This document shows positions 17,785 through 24,000 of a stretch of DNA of 24,000 nt, piece by piece. The position numbers and the translations under genes were made by a program. Source of the DNA: Edwardsiella phage vB_EtA_DT115P1; the sequence record PV165918.1. One strand, written 5' to 3'. The notes beneath the pieces were generated by a model. It was not told where the DNA came from. It worked only from the letters and a program-made list of their open reading frames with translations, and searched no databases. The first letter of the stretch is position 1. Each line of letters begins with the position of its first letter.

Positions 17785-18243
17785 TCAAACCTCCTTAGAG
17801 TACATATAACCTACTTTATGAAACCCAAGCTTCTCAAAGAAGCTACAGGTACTTTCTGTTTCAATACCAGAGGCTGTGCTCAAGCACACCTCTTTTGCAC
17901 CTACTGAAGCTGCCCACTTAACCCAGTCAGCTACTAGCAGCCGCCCATACCCACGATGCTCACGATTAACAAATATGATGATGTCCTGGGCTATGGGGGT
18001 AGATGACCACGGCATATGGGTTAAACAACCCCAGAAGCCACCAACAACTTTACCATCAACTGTCAGAACCTTTAGGTAGCCTGTTGGGTTGCCAATAGTG
18101 GCAGCTAGGCCTTGCATGAGTATACGCGCGTCCACTGGATGCTGTTTCATCTCAGTAACTTCTTGCGCGTACTCAGTAGCAAGCTTTGCTAGTATAAGCA
18201 GGTCGAGGTGGACGGCATCTCTTACTTTCGGATTTTGATGCAT
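17785..18243 (-). CDS. GNAT-family N-acetyltransferase, 152 aa
   Basis: 'DGKVVGGFWGCL...AQDIIIFVNREHRGYGRLLVADWVKWAASVGAKEVCLST...FFEKLGFHKVGYMYSKEV': RGxG acetyl-CoA loop (HRGYG) and C-terminal FFEKLGF. Confidence 0.87.
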   Translation of the reverse strand: MHQNPKVRDAVHLDLLILAKLATEYAQEVTEMKQHPVDARILMQGLAATIGNPTGYLKVLTVDGKVVGGFWGCLTHMPWSSTPIAQDIIIFVNREHRGYGRLLVADWVKWAASVGAKEVCLSTASGIETESTCSFFEKLGFHKVGYMYSKEV

Positions 18244-18452
18244 GAGAAGACAATACCTCGTATCTCTTGTATAACTTCCTTCCGGATAAAGTCATGCATC
18301 TCGGAACGGTATGAAGTAGACGGGGCGTGTAGCACATCGTCCAAGAAGGCGTACGTTGGCAAATCAAGCTGAGTAGGGTTGCCAGGGCTTGGGTACTCAC
18401 TCTCACTAATCCTCTCCTTCATACTCGTTGGGACAGAGAACTTGTCTGACAT
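18222..18452 (-). CDS. Small hypothetical protein
   Basis: ORF (track 18222..18470) overlapping both neighbours. Best internal start MSDKFSVPTS at 18452, preceded by AGGTGG. No recognisable domain. Confidence 0.45.
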   Translation of the reverse strand: MSDKFSVPTSMKERISESEYPSPGNPTQLDLPTYAFLDDVLHAPSTSYRSEMHDFIRKEVIQEIRGIVFSCIKIRK

Positions 18453-18597
18453 AATCTTCCACCTGTTCAATGTTTACACCAGCTGCTTCAACAGCCAGGT
18501 GCTCCTCGTCTGTCAGTGAATTACCGTCAACAAAAGCATTGATGGCAAACTCCATAGCTTGCTGCTTGCTGCTAAAAGTCACCGTCTGCTTTGTCAT
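18406..18597 (-). CDS. Small hypothetical protein, 63 aa
   Basis: 'MTKQTVTFSSKQQAMEFAINAFVDGNSLTDEEHLAVEAAGVNIEQVEDYVRQVL'; SD GGAG before ATG; overlaps the ligase C-terminus as expected for packed phage genes. Confidence 0.6.
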   Translation of the reverse strand: MTKQTVTFSSKQQAMEFAINAFVDGNSLTDEEHLAVEAAGVNIEQVEDYVRQVLCPNEYEGED

Positions 18598-19543
18598 GAC
18601 GCTCCTCCATTACCTTTGGTAAGCGAATCTTACCTTTGCTGCTATCTTGCAGGCCACGAACACGGAAGACCTTTCCAATGGGGTTGTACCTCAGCTCATC
18701 AGTGTACATCCCCAATTCATTGATGGAAAGGAACATACGCTCCGCATCAGCGTGAGTGTACCCCTTGCCAAGCATAGCTTTAATAGTATCACCACCCTTC
18801 CACTGGAAGATAAGGTTAGCAACCTTTCCTTTGTACTTCCCTGACCCTTCCTCGTAGCCTACACACTTTAGGTCATACGTCACCTCCCGTACTTCCTTCA
18901 TCTGATGCCAGCCCTTATGGCCTGCCTCCCACTCACAACCTGGAAGCTTATAGACAGCCCCTTCTTCGCCAGCAGCAATGCAGGCGCGGGTAAACTGGTC
19001 TTTCTGGTGTGCATCATGGATGATGGTGTATGGAAGCACACTGCAAGCTAGGTCTGTATCTTTGGTGCGCTTCACTAAGCTTGCGTGACGCTTGTGGTAA
19101 CTGATGCCATGCGAGCTTCCGTCAATAAACATCTCCAGCGTCAAGCAGTCATATAACGCAATGTACAAGTTCCACTTGATAACTTCTTGGGTAATGTCAA
19201 GTTTGTTAACACGGTTAGGGTTGAGGATACCTGACAGCTCCTCCAAGCTACATGGGTGCTTGCTAAGTACTTCACCAATGTAGATACCATCGGCAACTCC
19301 ACCTTCCGTAAATCGAGAGCAGATTGCATCAGTGTTACTCAACATCTCACCGGTGCGGCCAAACACCGCAACCTTACCACAGCTGACAGCAACTAGGCCG
19401 AACACGCCATCTTTCTTAACTTGACCATAGTAAGGGAACAGCTTCTTGCTATCAGGTACTTCATCCCAATGCTTGACAAGCTGAACTACTTTACCTTTAG
19501 GTCTGTGGCCTGCGCGCAGGCCGAGATACTCGAATACGTTCAT
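18572..19543 (-). CDS. ATP-dependent DNA ligase, 323 aa
   Basis: Nucleotidyltransferase motifs: I 'VKKDGVFG', III 'VFGRTGE', IIIa 'DGIYIGEV', IV 'EGAVYKLP', V 'TYDLKCVGYEEGSGKYKGKV'. Confidence 0.92.
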   Translation of the reverse strand: MNVFEYLGLRAGHRPKGKVVQLVKHWDEVPDSKKLFPYYGQVKKDGVFGLVAVSCGKVAVFGRTGEMLSNTDAICSRFTEGGVADGIYIGEVLSKHPCSLEELSGILNPNRVNKLDITQEVIKWNLYIALYDCLTLEMFIDGSSHGISYHKRHASLVKRTKDTDLACSVLPYTIIHDAHQKDQFTRACIAAGEEGAVYKLPGCEWEAGHKGWHQMKEVREVTYDLKCVGYEEGSGKYKGKVANLIFQWKGGDTIKAMLGKGYTHADAERMFLSINELGMYTDELRYNPIGKVFRVRGLQDSSKGKIRLPKVMEERHDKADGDF

Positions 19544-19547
19544 GACA

Positions 19548-20111
19548 TTAACCTACCTTATCGAAGATATAATCTGCGGCCTTGTAAGGCTGACCCTCCA
19601 CTAGCTCTACATCCAAGAAGCGAGGGCTGCGGAAGGATGGTAAGTCTGAGAAGTCCTGTTCATTCAGGTAGCGGCGTGAGTCTTTAGAGAAGTCATAACC
19701 GCTACGGAACAGACGCACAATAACCACCTGATGGCCTGCATCCAGCATCGGACGAACCTCATTGGGGAAGCCACCATCTGTTACCACTGTAGTAACGCCA
19801 GGCTCTACAAGCTCAATGAAGCGCTCGCCAAAGTACTGTTCACCAAACAATGGCTTGCACACCTTCTCAGAGATGTGGATAAAGAAGTCACGAGGTGATA
19901 ATCCACCACAGATTACTGTTGGCTTATCCTTGGTGCTGCGGTCATTGTACAGCCCAAGGAACTGAGCGTACTTAACCTCACCAAGTAAGGCCCTAGCTAG
20001 GTCGAACATAGGCTTCTTGAAGCTGAGTGCTTTCCACCCATGCCAGTCAGCTAAGATACCTCCGATAGTATCTTTGCCAGATGCTGGTGGTGCATTAAGA
20101 ATTACAATCAC
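19548..20111 (-). CDS. P-loop deoxynucleoside monophosphate kinase-like protein, GTG start, 187 aa
   Basis: 'MIVILNAPPASGKDTIGGILAD' P-loop, 'VVTDGGFPNEVRPML'; dNMP kinase-like architecture. AAGGAG upstream of GTG at 20111. Confidence 0.75.
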   Translation of the reverse strand: MIVILNAPPASGKDTIGGILADWHGWKALSFKKPMFDLARALLGEVKYAQFLGLYNDRSTKDKPTVICGGLSPRDFFIHISEKVCKPLFGEQYFGERFIELVEPGVTTVVTDGGFPNEVRPMLDAGHQVVIVRLFRSGYDFSKDSRRYLNEQDFSDLPSFRSPRFLDVELVEGQPYKAADYIFDKVG

Positions 20112-20160
20112 TTGTTAAGCTCCTTGGTGTCTGCGATAGCTTGGTTGTACCCGTAATTAA

Positions 20161-20688
20161 TCAGGCGCTCAGTGTAGGTTGAGTATCCCTATCAACTTTC
20201 ACGCTGGGGTATCTGACATGTGGGCTTATGGGAGCGCAATCAGTTTCATAGTTTGTTACAAGGTGACAGGTGACACCCAGGCTGCGGATGTGCTTGGCAA
20301 CATGCTCTAAATCATCAAAGCAAGCTATGATATGGTCAAGCCCAATCAGCTTGAGCTGAGCTTCCTTGAAGTCAACATCGCGACGGTGGTCATCGACAGG
20401 TCGCATGATAAGCTGGTTATAGTTGCAGCCACGTTCCCACAGCCACTTTTCGGTCACTTGCTTAGCAATGGAGCAGCGCCCTGTCAGAATGATAATCCTC
20501 TTACCAAACTGGAACAACTCGTTCATCAGACGAATGTTGTCAAGAATTGGTGAGTCTTTATCAGCGGCAAGATTGAATGCATCCCAGGCTTCTGTACGGT
20601 GTGTGGTACCCTTACTTGGCAGCAAGTGCAAGCGATGGCGACCATCAGATAAGGTGCCATCCAGGTCAAACACATAAGTGTCTTTCAT
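20161..20688 (-). CDS. HAD-superfamily phosphatase, PseT/polynucleotide 3'-phosphatase-like, ~175 aa
   Basis: 'MKDTYVFDLDGTLSDGRHRLHLLP...' (DxDGT), 'IIILTGRC', 'NQLIMRPVDDHRRDVDFKEAQL', 'ACFDDLEHVAKHIRSLGV'. Start revised to ATG 20688 (TTAGGAAATGTTATG); the upstream 27 codons of the track ORF cover promoter DNA. Confidence 0.85.
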   Translation of the reverse strand: MKDTYVFDLDGTLSDGRHRLHLLPSKGTTHRTEAWDAFNLAADKDSPILDNIRLMNELFQFGKRIIILTGRCSIAKQVTEKWLWERGCNYNQLIMRPVDDHRRDVDFKEAQLKLIGLDHIIACFDDLEHVAKHIRSLGVTCHLVTNYETDCAPISPHVRYPSVKVDRDTQPTLSA

Positions 20689-20709
20689 AACATTTCCTAA
20701 GTAGTTAAT

Positions 20710-20731
20710 CCTATTGTAGCTGCTAACTAAC
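20710..20731 (-). promoter_or_regulatory. Putative phage RNA polymerase promoter upstream of the HAD gene
   Basis: Minus strand GTTAGTTAGCAGCTACAATAGG; identical CTACAATAGG core, in the short gap between the metallophosphoesterase stop (20723) and HAD start (20688). Confidence 0.72.
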
Positions 20732-21847
20732 CATCTCGGGGGTAATCGTTGACCGACACACCTCACCAAACTTCTTATGGTAGGTAATGACAGTAGCTGC
20801 TCGCTTGCTTAGCCAGCCACCACGGCTTGCGTAAGCATCTTTAGCTGCCAGTGTCTGGTGCTGCTCCACCTTCATTAATGGGCTTTCAATCACCTTATGA
20901 TGGTGCAAGTGACCTACGTGAGCATATGAGTATTTACTTGCACCCCACTCGGTGCGGAACTTAGCAGCAAACACATCTGACAGTTGCTCCATCTTCTTCT
21001 TGTGGCCATGATGGTAGAACAAGGTAGTTTCACCATGCACATAGCAATAGTAAGGGTCTGGGCTTTGGTCAATCGTAATACGTGTCTCGTCCTCATATAG
21101 CACTGTCAGGAATTCACGCATCCAGATTGAGCTAGCCATATCATGATTACCCTCAGCAAACAACACATGAACCTTCTCGTGCTTCTCAAGGAGCATCTTG
21201 ATTACAGTGCGTGTTACGTAGATGGCAGCACGAGCAAGCTTCTGGAAGCGTGTATCTGCATCTAGCACATGACCACTACTAGGGGTAATTGCATCTAACC
21301 CATCCCAGTGTAGGAAGTCGCCAAGCTGCGCAAGCACTGCTGTTTGAGCCATTGGGCTGCAACGGATAGCCTCAGCGAACCACTTAATGATAAGGTCAGT
21401 TGCAATCTTCATATCCCAGTCATCACCAGACTCCTCACCCCAAGCCAGCATACCCAGATGATAGTCAGTGATGGTGAACTGGTTCAATAGGTCAGGAGAG
21501 TTGATGTGGTTGTAGTTAACTACTGGAAGCTCACGGGGCAGGTCATCTTTCATCCCAGCAATAAACTCACGCAGCAACTCAAGCTGCTTGTCACGGTCAA
21601 TAGATGACTTGACCCATGTTAGCTTTACATCGCCATCCTTTCCGTAGAGTGTTGATTGCCCCTTGAGTAAGAAGCCCTCTGGAACCTGGTGCAGCATATC
21701 ATGCTCTGGGCTGTAACCAGACTTAGCTAGCTTAGCCTTGCGCAACTGCACAGCTCGCTCGGACATACCAAACTTACTGGCAATCTCCCGAACAGTTAAC
21801 TTAGCTACAAGACTTTCCTTGAGCTGCTCATCTGACAGCTTTGTCAT
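20723..21847 (-). CDS. Metallophosphoesterase (calcineurin-like) with N-terminal helix-turn-helix, 374 aa
   Basis: Catalytic motifs 'ITDYHLGM', 'LGDFLHWDG', 'AEGNHDMAS', 'YHHGHKKK', 'VGHLHHHK'. N-terminal 'LTVREIASKFGMSERAVQLRKAKLAKSGY' is HTH-like. Confidence 0.88.
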   Translation of the reverse strand: MTKLSDEQLKESLVAKLTVREIASKFGMSERAVQLRKAKLAKSGYSPEHDMLHQVPEGFLLKGQSTLYGKDGDVKLTWVKSSIDRDKQLELLREFIAGMKDDLPRELPVVNYNHINSPDLLNQFTITDYHLGMLAWGEESGDDWDMKIATDLIIKWFAEAIRCSPMAQTAVLAQLGDFLHWDGLDAITPSSGHVLDADTRFQKLARAAIYVTRTVIKMLLEKHEKVHVLFAEGNHDMASSIWMREFLTVLYEDETRITIDQSPDPYYCYVHGETTLFYHHGHKKKMEQLSDVFAAKFRTEWGASKYSYAHVGHLHHHKVIESPLMKVEQHQTLAAKDAYASRGGWLSKRAATVITYHKKFGEVCRSTITPEMVS

Positions 21848-22254
21848 TTAGTCTCCTTCTTCAAAGCATACCGCTTGCGAGCTTGCAAGTTACGCTTAGC
21901 CCGCTGCTCTGCTGGTGTTAAGTAAGTGTGATGTAGGTAAGGTGTTTGCGGCACACGGTGCAGCAGAAGGTAGTCAGCTAAGGCATGTAGGGCTTTAGCT
22001 TGCCCTACTACATCGTTGGCAGTGTAGCCACCAAAGCGCTGCATCAAGGTTTTAATCTTCCCCTCTAAGCCATTAATGCCACGAGGTAGGACAGACCTGA
22101 TCACACCTGTGTGGTGGTCATGGTCGACACATAGGCTCAATGGGCGCATGTCTCGTAGGTCACGGCCTGTGATAGGGCAGCGATAACGCTGCTTCTCTAG
22201 TAGCTCCTTTCTAATCCAAGCTAGGTCAGCCTTAGTAGTTCTCTTTAGTTCCAT
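21844..22254 (-). CDS. Endonuclease VII-like Holliday-junction/recombination endonuclease, 136 aa
   Basis: 'LLEKQRYRCPITGRDL...LSLCVDHDHHTGVIRSVLPRGINGLEGKI' is the EndoVII (His-Me finger) signature, although the second zinc-site pattern looks reduced. Confidence 0.88.
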   Translation of the reverse strand: MELKRTTKADLAWIRKELLEKQRYRCPITGRDLRDMRPLSLCVDHDHHTGVIRSVLPRGINGLEGKIKTLMQRFGGYTANDVVGQAKALHALADYLLLHRVPQTPYLHHTYLTPAEQRAKRNLQARKRYALKKETK

Positions 22255-23333
22255 GCAGTAATATCACCCCCTAATGGCAGCTTGCAATTGGGTCGCCAAA
22301 TGTCACCTTTAAACTGCTGCATGTGTGCAAGCCTCCCTTGCTCTACCATCAGCTGATAAGGTGTGAGGAAGGCTTTCTTGCCCTTCCATAGTTCATAGTC
22401 TGGCGGAGGTACTCCGAAATCCTTCATGTGGTCATCATTATACTTCTGTGTGCCACGGTAGTTCTCAACAACAATCCCCTTGCCATACTTGGCCTTGTAC
22501 TCCCCGAGCACAGCGTAGTACAGCTCCTGCTCTGTCTTTAGCTGACCCAGCAGGTCATAGACCTTTTGCAGCTTGAATCGGGGGATGCCAGTGTAGTTAT
22601 CGATAGAGTCCCCGGTTAGTAGCTGGGCATAGAAGAACCGCAATCCACTACCTTTGATTGACTTAATCTTGCCATCATCTTTGTAGACCGGCTCTAGCTC
22701 ACCTAGTGGTGTACCAAATGTAAGCTTACAGTGGTATGGGTCGTAGTGACGTCCTGCTGTAATACGACTGTCTTTATCTGATGAGATAATTACAAAGTCA
22801 CAAAACTCTTTATGGGTGTGTGAACCTAGCTCAATACCTTGGTCTGCTAGCAGCTTGTTGCGGCGCTCAGCCTCCATGGAGATTAAGTCATCCGCCTCTT
22901 CACCATCAGACATAACTGCACCCAGGCGACCTACTAAGAAGTCCCGCAGCTCATAGAAGAATGGAGGCTTCTCCTTCTTGCGCTGACCTTTGTAAGGGCG
23001 TGAGAATGCCACATCGATGCGGAAGTTAGTATCTGATTTAGTCATGTAAGGGATAGCAGCATCACAGCCAGCTTCCTCCAGCCAGTTGTTCATACGCATC
23101 GCTAATGACTCAGCAGCATCTAGGAACTCTGGTGTATCCACCAAGCTAGCGCAATCACCTGTGTCAACTCGGCGTTGTGCTCGCAGCACCTTAATTGGGT
23201 CAAGCCCATAGGCAATGTTATAAGGCAGCAAGTCAGCATCGACCAGCCCAACTAGGCTACCATCGGTAGGCCATAGCTTTATAGGGCTTTCGTGTTCAGA
23301 CAAGCCAGCACCGAAATCAAAATCTTCGAACAT
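22245..23333 (-). CDS. 5'-3' exonuclease (T7 gp6-like)
   Basis: 'LVGLVDADLLPYNIAYG', 'VMSDGEEADDLISMEAE', 'VIISSDKDSRITAGRHYDPY', 'FFYAQLLTGDSIDNYTGIP'. Start revised to ATG 23333 behind GGAGGG. Confidence 0.92.
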   Translation of the reverse strand: MFEDFDFGAGLSEHESPIKLWPTDGSLVGLVDADLLPYNIAYGLDPIKVLRAQRRVDTGDCASLVDTPEFLDAAESLAMRMNNWLEEAGCDAAIPYMTKSDTNFRIDVAFSRPYKGQRKKEKPPFFYELRDFLVGRLGAVMSDGEEADDLISMEAERRNKLLADQGIELGSHTHKEFCDFVIISSDKDSRITAGRHYDPYHCKLTFGTPLGELEPVYKDDGKIKSIKGSGLRFFYAQLLTGDSIDNYTGIPRFKLQKVYDLLGQLKTEQELYYAVLGEYKAKYGKGIVVENYRGTQKYNDDHMKDFGVPPPDYELWKGKKAFLTPYQLMVEQGRLAHMQQFKGDIWRPNCKLPLGGDITAWN

Positions 23334-23343
23334 AAACCCTCCA

Positions 23344-23381
23344 ACAAAAATAAGCCCCAAAGGTCACTAGACCAATGGGGC
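23344..23381 (-). terminator. Rho-independent terminator downstream of the 119-aa protein gene
   Basis: Minus strand GCCCCATTGGTCTAGTGACCTTTGGGGC (6-bp outer stem, internal loop, GGTC/GACC inner stem) followed by TTATTTTTTG. Confidence 0.88.
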
Positions 23382-23387
23382 AGTTTA

Positions 23388-23747
23388 TTAGAAGGTTTCG
23401 TATTCTTCGTGAGCTTCTTCAGCTACCGGGGCTTCTTTCATAACCGCCTCTTCAGCATACTTAACAGGCTTACCAGCAGCTTCCCAAGCCAGGTACTCGG
23501 AGATTACGTTAGCTTTACCAACCTGAGCTTTGGTGGACAGGCCAGGGAACTGAGCCTTAGCGAACTCCAGGCCAGCTTCCAAACCAGCCAGGCCAGCCAG
23601 CTCCAGCTCAGCTTCTTCGCGGGTATCATGTGGCTTCTTGCCAATCAGCTCACCAGTGGCTTCATCAGCTACATAGAAGAACTCAGACCATTTGAAAGCG
23701 CCAGCTACGATACGACGGGATACATCAGACTTGATTACAAATGCCAT
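23388..23747 (-). CDS. Small protein of unknown function with acidic/aromatic C-terminal tail, 119 aa
   Basis: 'MAFVIKSDVSRRIVAGAFKWSEFFYVADEATGELIGKK...KEAPVAEEAHEEYETF'; RBS-like AGGAAT upstream, flanked by tandem promoters and a terminator. Confidence 0.85.
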   Translation of the reverse strand: MAFVIKSDVSRRIVAGAFKWSEFFYVADEATGELIGKKPHDTREEAELELAGLAGLEAGLEFAKAQFPGLSTKAQVGKANVISEYLAWEAAGKPVKYAEEAVMKEAPVAEEAHEEYETF

Positions 23748-23793
23748 AATATTAATTCCTCATAAAAGTTAAATGCGACATGCGTGCGTTATA

Positions 23794-23814
23794 TCTATTG
23801 TAGTGCTTAATAGG
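23794..23814 (-). promoter_or_regulatory. Putative phage RNA polymerase promoter, proximal to the 119-aa protein gene
   Basis: Minus strand CCTATTAAGCACTACAATAGA; resembles T7 promoter layout TAATACGACTCACTATAGG and the other three copies. Confidence 0.75.
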
Positions 23815-23933
23815 TAGCAAGCAGGGAGTACAACACAGGTCGTCGCCTTGGTGAGCTGCAAACAAACCAACTAGCTGCTGTGAGTCAGAATGAGATTATC
23901 CATTGCAGATGGCGCTACTGTGCTTGCTGTACC
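23813..23933 (-). ncRNA. Candidate structured non-coding RNA / leader between tandem promoters
   Basis: ORF-less. Nested pairings on minus strand: GGTA (23933..23930)/TACC (23816..23813), GCAAGCA (23927..23921)/TGCTTGC (23823..23817), CGCC (23914..23911)/GGCG (23847..23844), CTGCAA (23908..23903)/TTGCAG (23861..23856). The 5' G coincides with the predicted +1 of the upstream promoter. Confidence 0.5.
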
Positions 23934-23950
23934 TATTGTAGGCCTTAATA
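23932..23950 (-). promoter_or_regulatory. Putative phage RNA polymerase promoter, distal copy
   Basis: Minus strand TATTAAGGCCTACAATAGG; same core as the 15057 and 20710 sites and same TATTAAG upstream block as the 23794 site. Confidence 0.78.
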
Positions 23951-23972
23951 CCGTACTAGCTAACTAGTACGG
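23951..23972. repeat. Perfect 9-bp inverted repeat with 4-nt loop abutting the distal promoter
   Basis: CCGTACTAG-CTAA-CTAGTACGG read directly. Confidence 0.9.
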
Positions 23973-23976
23973 CTCA

Positions 23977-23994
23977 AGTATAGTATACTATACT
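23977..23994. repeat. Perfect 18-bp AT-rich palindrome
   Basis: AGTATAGTATACTATACT equals its own reverse complement. Confidence 0.9.
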
Positions 23995-24000
23995 CTTAAA

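Noticed and set aside
20689-20769. N-terminal extension of the HAD phosphatase ORF
   Set aside because: Overlaps the promoter-like element and the preceding gene's end; the DxDGT domain begins right after ATG 20688, which has an SD.
23813-23933. tRNA in the gap between promoters
   Set aside because: No T-loop GGTTCRA, anticodon arm or acceptor geometry; length and pairing pattern do not fit a tRNA.
1-24000. CRISPR array, toxin-antitoxin, retron, integrase or host defence island
   Set aside because: No spaced direct repeats, reverse transcriptase, recombinase or defence signature; the window is compact lytic-phage coding sequence.

Overview
The window is the late/structural arm, plus part of the DNA-metabolism region, of a T7-like (Autographiviridae-type) podophage. 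Every supportable gene is on the minus strand. Reading 24000->1: a small acidic-tailed protein, 5'-3' exonuclease, endonuclease VII, HTH + metallophosphoesterase, HAD 3'-phosphatase-like, P-loop (d)NMP kinase, ATP-dependent DNA ligase, two small ORFs, GNAT acetyltransferase, gp7.3-like protein, portal, scaffold, major capsid, tail tubular A and B, three internal virion proteins, a short tail-fibre/adaptor protein, class II holin, small terminase, and an interrupted large terminase. Most notable observations: (1) the large terminase gene is split at its Walker B Asp-Asp by an ~838-nt group I intron closely resembling the T4 td type. The splice sites, P1, P10, P3, P4, P6, P7, P8 and P9 can be read from sequence, and the intron carries its own endonuclease-like ORF without a classical HNH motif. 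(2) Four intergenic or near-intergenic minus-strand copies of a T7-promoter-like element (core CTACAATAG[G/A]) lie upstream of the capsid gene, the HAD gene and the 119-aa protein gene (two copies there). (3) An ORF-less ~121-nt segment between the two tandem promoters folds on paper into nested hairpins whose outer stem starts at the predicted +1, making it a candidate structured ncRNA or leader. (4) Two look-alike terminator/RBS modules follow the capsid and 119-aa protein genes. No CRISPR, integrase, RNA polymerase, endolysin or spanin gene was recognised in this window.
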